DNA of 64,000 nt from Bispira polyomma (GCA_965649765.1 OZ287750.1:12276001-12340000), one strand, 5' to 3'; shown: positions 10,657-23,287, counted from the first letter of the stretch. Program-made: numbers and translations. The notes: a model not told the origin generated them from the letters alone.

Positions 10657-12976
10657 TTTTTTATATTTTATTTATTTTTTAACAACAAGAAAAAGGAGAC
10701 AATTTACAAGTTATAGTAACCATTGTAGATAGAGTTTTTATACTGTATCTACAATTAAACAAAAACAATCTTATAGTGATATGTTTGCAAGAAAAGAATA
10801 TAGTACATGTTTTACACAAATGTTCAAAAATCCATACTTGCATTAAATACAAAATATTACTAACAATAGTGTTGTTTACTTTCTATGTTGATCTTTCTGA
10901 ATTTTTTTTTTTGTTATAAAACATCATAAAGTATCCAAAAGTTTTTGTTAACTAAATGTTTTTTTTTGTATTGATCCTTTACTATTTTTTCTATATATAG
11001 CTTATCTTTGAGCATTACTAAAAAATCTAAGAAGAAAATTGCTCTTTTATTACGCTTGCATTTGCTGACAAAGTATTTACCCATTATTATCACATAATTC
11101 AAAACATAAAAAAATTTGGCATCAAACTTGATAAATCCTAGTAAAATGTTTAAAACAGTTAAATCAACATTTATATCTAATGAAACAGATAACCAACTTT
11201 TAACTTGTTCCCAAAAACACATACAGTCTTGCAATAGTAAAAATAATGTTCAAGATTGTCAATTTCTGAACACCAGTCACAATGTGGTGAATTAACTATA
11301 CCCCAAAGAAATAATTTATAATTACAATTATAAACCCTGTGCAGAATTTTATATTGGAGAGTCTGAAAATAAGTATCTTTAACAATTTTAAAATTTAAAG
11401 GATATATATTCCTCCAGTCAGCATTTTCTAGAAAAGGATAATATTCAATCCATCTATCTTGACTATTTGGAGGTTTCATATTCTTATGTACAAGGTAATT
11501 ATATACCTGTTTACTTCTTACTTTAGACAAGTTGTCAAGACAAAGTTTTGGAATGTTGTTGGCATATTAGCACTAAAAGTGATTTCTTTCTTATGTAAAT
11601 ATTTCCAATTTGAGGTATAGCACTTATTAATTTATTGTATTTCATTACTGGGATACAGATATTATATTTAGACTCCAGATTTAATTTTGTTTCAAAGATT
11701 GCCTGGTGATCTTGTAATACATTAGTAATATAACAAATACCTGCGTTAAACCAATCTGCATATTCAATGTTTATTATTTTATTTCTAATACAGATTGCAG
11801 TATTATTCCACAATTTTTCTTGCTTTACTTCAAATGCATTTCTAGGTGGAGCTGCAATGAAACTGTACCAAGTGTATAATAAATCAGTGTAATAATCAGT
11901 TTTTGTTAAGTTTTTAATACTTGAAATAGGTAGTTTGTTATACAGCTGATTTGGCTTAATACCCATCAGATATTCTGATAAAAACTTCCATTTAGCATTA
12001 TTATTAATTATAGAATCTTTTTATCCACATTATATATGTTGTTTCCACAAGATGCTTTGTGGATACATTGAATATGCAGATTGGTTAAACCACCATTTTT
12101 AACCGATACAATAAGAGTATTTTTTGACACTAGATGTTTACGATTACTCCATATAAAGTTATAAAACATTTTATCAAGTTGAGATATTAAAGTTTTATTC
12201 AAAGGAAAGACAGAAACAATCGGATAAATGTGTGGTATAATTAAAGATTATAAAACTGTGATTTTACCTTTAATTGTTAAACATCTGGACTGCCAACAAT
12301 TAAGGACTGATTGAATTTTGTGCATCTTATCTCCAATGTTTAACTGAAACATTTCTTTAGAATTAGTGGAAAACCACATTCCTAGTGTCTTAAATGGTCC
12401 AACTTTACAGGCAATACCACATATCTTTTCAGAAACATCCTCTATATTTTCAGCTAAGATTGCTTCTGTTTTGACTTTATTTAGCTTTAATCCTGCATAG
12501 CGGTAGAATTCTTCAAATAAAGTGATAGTTTCTTTTATCGAACTTATATCATGCAAAAACATCATCAGCAAACATCATCAGCAAACATCATCAGCAAACA
12601 TACATAAACGAATCTCAGTTAGACCAATATTAATTCCATTTATATTATCTGAATCTCTTAAAACTATAGCTACGACCTCCGCTACCAAAAGAAATAACAA
12701 TGCACTTATAGGACATCCTTGCCTAATGCCTCGGTGTAACCTAAAGAATGATGATAGGTTTCCATTGTTTGTAACACAGCTTTCAATTTTAGAATAAATT
12801 ACAGAAATCCATTTTTGAAAATTGCGGCCAAACCCATAAAATTTTAACACATTTTGTAAGAATTTCTAACTGACAGTATCAAATGCCTTTTCAAAATCGA
12901 TGAGAACAATTATACATGGATGTCTTTGCAACTTACAGTACTCAATAATATCAGAGATCAAACGAAGGTTTTCACC
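10657..12976 (-). mobile_element. 5'-truncated L1/Tx1-type non-LTR retrotransposon, ORF2 pseudogene
   Basis: RT motifs IDFEKAFDTV, GIRQGCPISALLF and FADD; C-terminal C..C....H....C zinc-binding motif; A-rich tail at 10657; perfect 15-bp TSD ttgctaaataacata at 10642-10656 and 12977-12991; multiple frameshifts. Confidence 0.95.
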
Positions 12977-13369
12977 TTGCTAAATAACATAATTGAATGA
13001 CATTATTGAATCACATTACTGCATAGACACTATAAAGATTCTCCATGAAATTATTAATGGAAATTATCAATTAAAATTTAACATTATTAAATAATATTTT
13101 AAATAAAAGTTTTCCATTCCATTCTTGAATAATATTATGATTCAAATTACTGCATTGTCAATCATATTGATCGAGTGAACTCTTGTTTGGATAATTTGAT
13201 TGATGTGTGAAATTAGTAAATTTTAGGGCTCCTCTAAAATCAGGTTTCTAATTTAAAACCATTCCTCAATTCCATTCTCAAAGAAAGATATAAATTAAAT
13301 CACTAAATAATACTATAAATAAAATTAAACATTATTACATAAAAATTTTTAAAATACATTCCTCAGTTC

Positions 13370-14570
13370 ACTGTGACCTCCACATACATCCACTTCTTTT
13401 TGGCAGGTGACCTCCACTTTCCTCATCTCCTTTGGGTGTGTGACCTCTACATTCCTCTATTCTTTCCTTGTGTAAGAACTCCACATGCATCCACTCCTTT
13501 TCTTGTCTGTGACCTCCACATGCCTCAACTGTATCCATTGCAGGTGACCTCCATTTTTCTGGTCTCCTTGCAGGTGACCTCTACATTCCTCCACTCCTTC
13601 CTTGTCTGTGACGTCCACATGCCTCAACTGTATCCATTGCAGGTGACCTCCATTTTCCTGGACTCCTTGCAGGTGACCTGTACATTCCTGCATTCCTTCC
13701 TTGTGTGTGACCTGCCCCTGCATCTATTCCTTCTTTTGCTGGTGACCTCCACTTTCCTGCACTATTTGCAGGTGACCACTACATTGTTTAAATCGCTAAT
13801 TAATACTGTAAATAAAATTAAACATTATTACATAAATTTTTTAAAATGCATTTCTCCACCTTCTCTGTTGCACTGTGCCTGCGCCCCACAGTCGTCCATC
13901 TGCATCCACTTCTTTTTCGCAGGTGATTTCCACAGTTTACCTGTGAAATCTTCCTCAACTTCTGTACAATCTTGAGTGCCCTTGTTGAGCACCTTAACCG
14001 GAAGTTTGGTTCACTTTCTATGTGCCTGAGCCAGCCACTATGAAGTCCTACATCTCCACTGTTGCACTGTGCCTGAGCCAGCCCAACAGTACTCCATCTC
14101 CTCTGTTGGCCTGTTGAGTGCCCTTGCTGAGCGCCTTAACCGGAAGTTTGGTTCATCCTGACAGTTCTGCTCACATGAGGTGACCTGGACATTGCTCCAT
14201 TCCTTTCTCCAGTTCACTGTCTGTGACCTCAACATGCCTCTGATCTCTCTGCATCCATTTCTTGTGGGTGACCTGTATGTTCATCCTTTCTCTGCTTAAG
14301 TTTTTCTTGTCTGACTTTCACATGCCTCCACTTGTTTTTTGCAGGTGAGAGCCCACCAGTCCTTCTTATCTGTTTCACAGTACTACAGTACTACATTTCT
14401 TCAGTTGCACTGTGCCTGAGCCCCACAGTCCTCCATCTCTGTTTCACTGTGACATTCACAGTACTACAGTACTACATTTCTTCGGTTTCACTGTGGCTCA
14501 GCCCCACAGTCCTCCATCTCTGTTTCACTGTGACATTCACAGTACTACAGTACTACATTCCTTCTTCTGC
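13370..14570. repeat. Degenerate minisatellite cluster (gcaggtgacctcca-type units; ~81-bp units at 14370-14560)
   Basis: The gtgacct core recurs at ~30-35-bp spacing. A 99-bp duplication lies at ~13497-13695, and cacagtactacagtactacatt occurs three times. Confidence 0.75.
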
Positions 14571-16634
14571 AATTCTTCATTATCAACCACTGTGCCCCTC
14601 TCATTGGACCTCGCATTCGATCGCCCGGCTTCAGTAAAGCAAGTCGCATTTGTTGCATCCCTCCACTTCACTGTGTGTGAGTGCTACATTGTTCAATCTT
14701 TTCAGGTGGATGAGCTCCACAGTAATAAAATAAAAAAATAAATGAAATAAAATTATAAATAAAATAAAGAAATGAATAAAATAAAGTTATAAATAAAATA
14801 AACTTATAAAACTTGAAACACATATACACATCATACAAGTTCTACTTCTATCAGTGGGGATGTCTACAAGGCTGCTGCTGTTATTATTCTTGTCTTGATG
14901 TTTCTTCTTTCTGTAGTCATTAATGTTGATGACTTGTAACCAAACTTTTTTTTGTGCGTCTTTCTATAGAACTTTATGATGTCATCAAAAATTTTTCTTG
15001 GATACTTGGATGCCAAGTCATAAATGCATCATTGTCATCTTCATCTTCTCCTGACCAGGGGATTTGAGAAATGGGGAAGCATTGCATGGTCATCCCTTAA
15101 AGTTTAAGAGATTGTTCAAACTAATTAAACTTAAATAAAACAAACTTAGAATGAAAATAGAATGAAAAATCTAAATGAAATTATAAATTAAACATTACAC
15201 ATTGTCAATTAAAATTTTTTTAAAATTACATTCCTCTCTTGCACTGTGCGTCTGTTGGTATGATCGAGTTCAATTGGCTCGCTTTGTCTGTCACCGCGTG
15301 AGTGTGGTATTGACTCGCGTGTCGGTGACATTTGTCAAGTCCGACATCCCTTAAAGTTTCAGAGGTTGTTTAAAATAATTAAACTTAAATAGAATAAACT
15401 TATAAAATCAAATAAAATTATAAATTAAACATTACACATTAAAATTACATTCTAATCTTGAGAGAAGTGGATCTTCATCCTGTGTGTTGAGATTTCCTGT
15501 ATCCTCTTCTTCCAAACTAATTGTCATTGTCTTCCAGAATTTGTGTCTCTGCATTCCTCTTTCTATAACACCACATCATGCAGTTACATTTTATTCAATT
15601 TCTTGTCATTCAATTATGGTGTTCAGTAATTGTTGTCTTGGATGCCAATTCTCAATCAGCAAAGTACATTGTTGACCCAAATTTGTTATAAATGCATCTT
15701 TGATAATAGGGTTATGGTCAATTGTCACCATCTTCTCCTGACCAGAGGATTTGAGAAATGGGAAAGCATTACATGGTCAATAGTAAAGCAATTAGTAATT
15801 GCCGGTATAGCATTAGACGTTTTCACTGAGTTCGAATCTCCCATGTTTTAGCTTCAGGTGTCTCTTCTTTCAAAAGAAATGTATTTATCTGTCCAATAAT
15901 TTCTCAGTATTGATGGCACATAATGGATAGGTTTGATTTCCACCATCTCCAGTGATGCCCATTTTGCTTTTCGCATGTCCCTCCTAGTTTCCTCAATTGT
16001 CAGTATGTACATGCATACAGCAAAAAAAGGTTGAATGTTCTTTATCTCCATCTCTGAAAAATATGATTATGTACAATTAAAAATGAATAAATTAAAGTAA
16101 TCAAATAAATTGAAGTAAAATAAAATAAATTACATTCATTATCACGGAAGTTTGCCGTGCCATAGAGGTGTGATACCGCGATGGAGTTATATGTGCTCCG
16201 GATAAACCCCAAGGGGGGACGGACATTGCAGAATTTATCTAGAAAAGCTGAAACATTGTAATGTATTGGTTGTGTACTTCTGTTGTACTCCCAGAGTAGC
16301 AGTTTTTTTAATGTATTGTTCATGTACTTATGAAAGTACTTGTGATGTATCTCAGAACTCAAATGTATCTCAAATGTCCCAGAGTAGCATTTTAAAAATG
16401 TATTGGTGATGTAGTTATGAAAAGTTTTTTTTTCACGTTGTATAAGTACGTGTGATGTACTTTGTTTTGTCACAAATTAAAATAAAAGAATTTGGGATTT
16501 CAGTTACTTGTGTTATTTCATCTTATCTTTTTATTAAAATTTTACCAAAGGGCTAGTTATTTGGTCTTGAGTTTTAACACAGTAGTAGCACTTGTTGGTG
16601 CCTTAAACTTTAAACACTTTAAACACTTTGGAGT

Positions 16635-16930
16635 TTGAAAGTCAGATGACTAGTTATTTGCTTCTGGGTTTGAACCCAGTTGTTGGTGGTTGAGACAATG
16701 GCCATTTGAAACTTTTAAAAGTCAAATGACTAGTTATTTGCTCCTGGGTTTGAACCCAGTTGATTGTGGTTGAGATAAATGTCCATTTGAAAGTCAGATG
16801 ACTAGTTATTTGCTCCTGGGTTAGAACCCAGTTGATGGTGGTTGAGATAAATGTCCCTTTGAAAGTCAGATGACTAGTTGTTTGCTCTTGGGTTTGAACC
16901 AGTTGATGGTGGTTAATTGCCCTTTCAAAG
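16635..16930. repeat. ~72-80-bp tandem repeat (4 copies)
   Basis: aaagtca(g/a)atgactagtt(a/g)tttgct..tgggtt.gaacc recurs at ~16638, 16718, 16790 and 16862. Confidence 0.85.
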
Positions 16931-17016
16931 TTAGTTATAAAATAAAACAACAAGAAGAAGAAAGCTTTATTCACAAAATAACATATAAATTACAAACATT
17001 GGATACAAAGTATACA

Positions 17017-18186
17017 TTAAATCATTCGGTCCTGCCAGATAACAGCACCTATTGGGTTGTTGTAGTACCCCTTCTGTAAGGCACATTGGGCCTTGGCTTC
17101 TCTGTTTGCTGTGTTTCCCTGAAGTATCTCCTCCATATCTTGCAACGCTGCCCCATTTCTCCAATCTCCTGGTAGCAGATTGTGCTGTGCGTCTTCTTGG
17201 TCCAACAATTCTGGGTGTTGAGCATGGTGCAACTTCCCACTGAGGCATCTAAACCTATTGACGAGAAGCCCAAAAGCATTTTCAGCAACTCTCCTTGCGC
17301 GTGACAGGCAGTAGTTAAAAATCTTCTCTTTATAAAATAGTGCCCTGTGTCCATACGCTTTCAACATGTACCTTGTTAATGCAAATGCATCATCTCCAAT
17401 GAAGAAATAGGGCATGGGTTGGTCATCACAGAGCAAAGGAGTTTCTGCTGGAAGTGGGAGTAGGTCATCCTCTAAGGCTTTCTTCAAATGAGAGGCATTC
17501 CAGATCTGGGCATCAGAGCAGCAGCCATTTGCACCAACATTGAGGTAGATGAACTTGTAGTCAGCATCCACCACAGCCAAAAGTATAATTGAGGTGAACC
17601 GCTTGTAGTTGAAGAACTGCGATCCACTGTGAGGGGCTTCAATAGGGCGACGTGTTTCCCATCTATGCCACCAATGCAATGGGAAAAGTTCCATCTTTTC
17701 TTGAAAAGTTCTGCAATGTCAGTCCAGCCCTGGCGTGTGTCCGGAGCAGATATAACTTTATCCATAGGCCAGAGATCTGTAGTCCAAACCAGTAGCCAGG
17801 TACCTCAGGGTGATGGCCACCATTAAACCTGGTTTTAGGGGAGCCCTAAAATTGACTGTTTTCCTTCGCAGTCTTGGTTGCAGACGTTGGACCAGTTCTT
17901 GAAAGAGGACAGGATCAATCCTGGTGAAATTACTACAACTGGCAGTGTCCTAAGCCTCCAACTCCTGCAATAGGTGCTTGTAGAATCTAAAGAGTGGTTT
18001 CCTAAGTATCCAGGGCCTGGTCCACACCTGTCTCTGCCTTTTCCTTTTCACCACACCTACCTGTTCTTTCATACCTACCTGTTCTAAATATTAAGTTGCA
18101 TTAAATATATTCTGCATCGCTTGTACTTGAACTATTATAGCTTGTTGCAGGACCTGGAATTGCTCCAATACAAAGTTAAAAGCCAT
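17017..18186 (-). pseudogene. PIF/Harbinger DDE transposase (HARBI1/ALP1-like nuclease) pseudogene
   Basis: Motifs VWTRPW, AITLRYLATG, HCIGGIDGKHV, FFNYKRFTSIILLAVVDADYKFIY, GDDAFAL and FNYCLSRARRVAENAFGLL. Contains a stop codon, frameshifts and apparent internal deletions. Confidence 0.93.
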
Positions 18187-19233
18187 TGTTGAAGTTGTTT
18201 CCAGTGAACAGTAGAACAAATTCGAATAATGAGGAAAATGTGTACGATTGACTCCTATATATACCCCCCAGAAACGGCAGCAAAAACGTACCTTGCAGAA
18301 GGGAAACGTCCCATACGTATTTAATGTGTGAGAGATATGATGAACGAAATTGAAGCGACTGAGACGTAATTTGCATAATTGGAGTGTGCTTGAAGTGTAA
18401 GGAAATTGGCTAAAGCATGACAAACGGATCCTAAACGGAATGGGCGGGATCAAAACATAAGCTAAACGTGAGTAATACGTAACCAAAATGTATTAAGCGT
18501 TTCCAAGCGTTATAATTAACGTGCTGGGTGTGACAAGTGTGATTAAAACAGCAGCTAAAAATCACATGCCATGCGTGTTAATATACGGGATAAGCGGGAA
18601 GGAAACGGGTTAAAACGTACTCAGTGTGACATTAAATACATTTACACTGCAAAAGATTTTAATATTTTCTTCAAAAGTTTATTGGGATTTTCTATTTAAA
18701 TTCAGTGGGAAATATAGCATGGCAGTGAACTGGTTTGAGAAATCAGCTGAGATTAAAAAACGAATACATCATCCAACAATTCGCAAGATGTGGTAAAAAA
18801 AAATAGGATATAGTGTTGTTAAAAGGATATCTCCACATGCAAATAATATAGATAAGTGGAGCCTAGATGTTCTTGTGATTTTATCAGTGTTAATGACATA
18901 AATACACATGATCTTAAAAGCATCAATTGACTTTGTTAGCTTAAACATGTGACTGTGCTTATGGTATGTAGTCATTTGCTTACACAATGTTACAGACGAG
19001 AATATGAAAAATGTTATCCAGACATTTGTAGAATCTGCTTAATGAAAGTATCAAAGAAACTGACAAGTCTAATAAGATTAGTATGAATTTAGTGCTACAG
19101 TTTGATTCTTTTGCTCAGAGAAATGAGGTGATCTAAAATGGATTCCAGATTTTGTAATCAATGTTTCTTACAACATTTATCATTACACTGCAAAGTGTAT
19201 TCAGTAGCTGATGATAGACTCACTTATAAGAAG

Positions 19234-19305
19234 GCCATGATCGTACAGTGGTTAGTACTTCACGTTGTGGCCGTAATAACCCAGGTTTGAATCCTGGTCA
19301 TGACA
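19234..19305 (+). pseudogene. tRNA-His(GTG), degenerate edge copy
   Basis: Stem mismatches, B-box gtttga, terminator split by the HINE. Confidence 0.75.
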
Positions 19306-19317
19306 TGATTAACTAAT

Positions 19318-21898
19318 TAAGCATCCCTTGAAAAGGGCGCTTATTTGGTTTCACCCCTGGTTTCCTCGCCTGTGCCGGCGCCTGTGCCGCCGCCTGTGCT
19401 GCCGCCGCCGCATGGTCTTCCTTGAATATCTCCTTCAATATTATGTGCATCAAAATTATTTTTGGCAGTTCTCTTAACCAGGAGTAGGAAATTTTTTTCA
19501 TATTCTTAGCTTTGAACTTTGGCCTACTTAAATGTCAGGGGACCCTGGGGGTGTAAAAGTGCTTGTCACTAGGTTTTCTCAGAAAGTATTCATCATAGCT
19601 TAATGAAATTTGGTATGTACCTTGGTAAGGCAATTTTAAGGATGGGAGACGCTGATGAGATTAATCGGATGATAATTGACCGATTGCCAACCGATTGATT
19701 TTTATTGAAATGCGAAAAATCGGTACTTTTTTGCTATCTCAGAAACTATTGGGATTTCCGCTTTTTCTTGGTATAAGTTATTCATCTACTTTTTGATTTT
19801 ATGTATGATGTAAAAATCTGACAGTTCTAAGTCCAGTACTCAATGAGTACTGAGTACTTCAAATGAGTAGTTTGCTCTATTTTGCTCTATCTTGCACTTT
19901 TATCAACTTTTCCTTTGAAGTACTTGTCATAGTTCAATGAAATTTAGCATGCACATTGCAAATACCAAAGCATAGATGTCCGTAAATTTTTAGATCAATC
20001 TGGTAATAATTGACTGATTGACAGGGTCGATCAATCATACAAAATGGGGAAAAAATGTGTTGAAACGGTGCTTTTTTGAGTGTTGAAACGGTGCTTTTTT
20101 GAGTGTTGAAACGGTGCCTTTTTGAGCGTATGAGGATTTTTTAAATTTTAGACCAGTACATGCAGCGCGTAACTTTTAAAGAATAGCCTGAATTTTTATT
20201 TATTTTTTACCCCATCCAAAAATATGCGATCATTACTGAGATAAAATGATTTCAATTTCAAAAATTTTAAAAATTAAGTTTTTTTTTTAAAACGTCCATT
20301 ATCTTGGAAACGGTGCTAGATAGAGCGATTTCAAGCTCATTTTTCACCCACAGGGTTGATTTTGCTTATATGCAAACTTTCAAAAAATTTTTGAATTTTG
20401 GCGGCCATCTTGAATTTCTGCGTCTTTTTCAAAAATGTCCAATATCTCGGAAACGGTGCTAGATAGAGCGATTTCGAGCTCATTTTCGACCCACAGGGTT
20501 GATTTTGGTTATATGTGAACTTTCAAAAAAATTTTTAATTTTGGCGGCCATCTTGAATTTCTGCGCCTTTTTCGAAAATGTCTGTTATCTCGGAAATGGT
20601 GCTAGATAGAGCAATTTCGAGCTTATTTTCGACCCACAGTGTTGATTTTGCTCATATGTAAACTTTCAAAAAATTTTCAATTTTGGCGGCCATCTTGAAT
20701 TTTTGTGTCTTTTTCAAAAATGTCCGTTATTTTGGAAACAGTGCTAGATAGAGTGATTTCGAGCTCATTTTCGACTCACAGGGTTGATTTTGCTTATATA
20801 TAAACTTTTGAAAAAATGTTCAATTTTGGCGGCCATCTTGAATTTCTGCGTCTTTTTCGAAAATGTCCAATATCTCGGAAACGGTGCTAGATAGAGCGAT
20901 TTCGAGCTCATTTTCGACTCACAGGGTTGATTTTGCTTATATGTAAACTTTCAAAAAATGTTCAATTTTGGCGGCCATCTTGAATTTCTGCGTCTTTTTC
21001 AAAAATGTCCGTTATTTTGGAAATGGTGCTAGATAGAGCGATTTCGAGCTCATTTTCGACTCACAGGGTTGATTTTGCTTATATGTAAACTTTTGAAAAA
21101 ATGTTCAATTGAGGCGGCCATCTTGAATTTCTGCGTCTTTTTCGAACATGTTCGTTATCTCGAAAACAGTGCTAGATAGAGCGTTTTCGAGCCTATTTTC
21201 GATCCACAGGGTCGATTTTGCTTATATGTAAACTTTTAAAGAATGTTCAATTTTGGCAGCCATCTTGAATTTCTGCGTCTTTTTCGAAAATGTTCTTTAT
21301 CTCAGTCACGGTGCTAGATAGAGCGATTTCAAGCTCATTTTTTACCCACAGGGTTGATTTTACTTGTATGTAAACTTTCAAAAAAAATTTTAATTTTGGC
21401 GGCCATCTTGAATTTCTGCGCCTTTTTCGAAAATGTCTGTTATCTCGGAAATGGTGCTAGATAGAGCGATTTCGAGCTCATTTTCGAGCCTCAAGGTTGT
21501 TTTTGCTTGTATTTATACTTTTAAAAAAATGTTCGATTTTGGTGGCCATCTTGAATTTCTGCGTCTTTTTCGAAAATGCCGTAATCTTGGAAACGGTGCT
21601 AGATGGAGCGATTTCAAGCTCATTTTCGACCCACAGGGCTGATTTTCCTTATATGTAAACTTTTGAAGTAATTTTTGATTTAGGCAACCATCTTCAATTT
21701 CTGCGTCTTTTTCGAAAATGTCTGTTATATCGGAAATGGTGCTAAAAAAAGCGATTTCGAGCTTATATTTGACAAAAAGTGCTGATTTTGCTTATATGTC
21801 AACTTTTAAACAATATCAAACCTTGTACACTAAACAATTTCATTATTATTTTAACTTTAGGAACGCTTCGTTTTTGTTATCAAAAACCGTTTTCTAGT
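19318..21898 (+). mobile_element. Helentron-associated non-autonomous element (HINE-like), copy 2
   Basis: 5' hairpin taagcatccct-tgaaa-agggcgctta, GC-rich microsatellite, 11 core repeats, 3' subTIR aggaacgctt, palindrome tttttgttatcaaaaa, ctagt end. Comparison with uninterrupted array units shows insertion in a T run without a TSD. Confidence 0.85.
20290..21800. repeat. 142-143-bp tandem repeat (11 copies) internal to the HINE
   Basis: The gctaga core occurs at 20315, 20458, 20601, 20743, 20886, 21028, 21171, 21314, 21456 and 21598, with a diverged copy at 21741. Confidence 0.95.
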
Positions 21899-22084
21899 TT
21901 TTTATTTAAACTTGATATTTCCTTCAAATGTTTATTGGAATTTTTCCACTATTCATTGGGAAGTACAGCATGGCATTGAACTGGTTTAAACTAAAAGTAG
22001 AAGTATTTGATGAAACTTTTCACATTAGTGAAATGCTTTTATCAAATGATTTTGAAGTAGTGAATGTTCCAAAAGTGAATACAA

Positions 22085-22158
22085 TGTCCCTGGGTGGACT
22101 CGAACCACCAACCTTTTAGTTAACAGCCAAACGCACTATCCGATTGCGCCACAGAGAC
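22085..22158 (-). pseudogene. tRNA-Asn(GTT), degenerate edge copy
   Basis: Several substitutions in D arm, anticodon stem and discriminator. Confidence 0.7.
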
Positions 22159-22361
22159 ATGAATTGTTTGCAAAATATGCTCCTTTCCACTGTATATCAC
22201 TAAGTATTCATGGTACCCGCAGAATTAATATGTAACGGATAATTTTGTCAAGAGAAATCAGCTGAGACTGAAAAGCGAATACATCATCCAACAATTCTCA
22301 AGATGTAGTAAAAATTAGGACATAGTGTTGTTAAAAGGATAATCTCCACATGTAAATAATA

Positions 22362-22535
22362 CAGTAGACTCTGTGTAAGTAGAACCAGTGTAAGTTGAAT
22401 TTAGGTCTAAGTGGAACCAGTTTTTAGGTCCCAACATCATAAAATGTTTTATTTTTTTAGGTATAAGTGGAAGTTAGCTATAACTAGAACCAAATCCTGT
22501 GGATATTGGAGGTTCTAGTTATACAGAGTCTACTG
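22362..22535. mobile_element. Tc1/mariner (pogo/Tigger-like) MITE inserted in an array spacer
   Basis: TIR cagtagactctgtgtaagtagaacc / ggttctagttatacagagtctactg with TA TSD. The empty site aataatatagataag is seen in other units. Confidence 0.92.
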
Positions 22536-22932
22536 TATAGATAAGTGGAGCCTAGCTGTTCTTGTGATTTTATCAATGTTAATGATATTTTTTATTTAAG
22601 TACACATGATCTTAAAAGCGCCAATTTACTTTGTCAGTTTATACATGTGACTGTGCTTATGGTATGTAGTAATTTGCTTCCACAATGTTACAGACGAGAA
22701 TATAAAATAAGTTATCCAGACATTTCTAGAATCTGCTTAATGAAAGTATCGAAGAAAACTGACAAATCTAATATGATTATGATGACTTTAATGCTACAGT
22801 TTGGTTCTTTTGCTCAAAGAAATGAAGTGATCTCTAATGGATTCCAGATTTTGTAATCAATGTTTCTTACCGCATTTATCATTACAATGCAAAGTGTATT
22901 TAGTAGCTGATGACAGACTCAGTTATAAGAAG

Positions 22933-23004
22933 GCCATGATTGAATAGTGGTTAGTACTTCATGTTGTGGCCGTGACAGCCCTGGTTCGAATCGCGGTCAT
23001 GGCA
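22933..23004 (+). pseudogene. tRNA-His(GTG), degenerate edge copy
   Basis: D-stem and T-stem mismatches. Confidence 0.7.
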
Positions 23005-23219
23005 TGAATAACTAATTTTTTATTTAAACTTGATATTTCCTTCAAAGGTTTATTGGAATTTTTCTACAATTCATTGAGGCATACAGCATTGCAATGAACA
23101 AGTTTGAACTAAAAGAAGTATTTGATGAAACTCTTATCAAATTACTGCAACCTTTCACATTAGTGAAATGCTTTTATCAAATGATTTTGAAGTAGTGAAT
23201 GTTCCAAAAGTGAATACAA

Positions 23220-23252
23220 CGTCCGTGGGTGGACTCAAACCACCAACCTTTA

Positions 23253-23287
<35 letters not shown>

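Larger units (their letters stand above)
6690..18630. mobile_element. Decayed autonomous-type PIF/Harbinger DNA transposon (~12 kb including nested LINE)
   Basis: Left end tta|tgccgtggtcacactgag. Right end ctcagtgtgac is inverted but lacks the outer ~7 bp and the TSD. Carries the two genes typical of the superfamily (MADF/Myb-like protein and DDE transposase). Confidence 0.8.

Noticed and set aside
17017-17694. Domesticated HARBI1-like host gene
   Set aside because: Stop codon, frameshifts, deletions, a nearby TIR and a partner MADF-like gene indicate a dead transposon.
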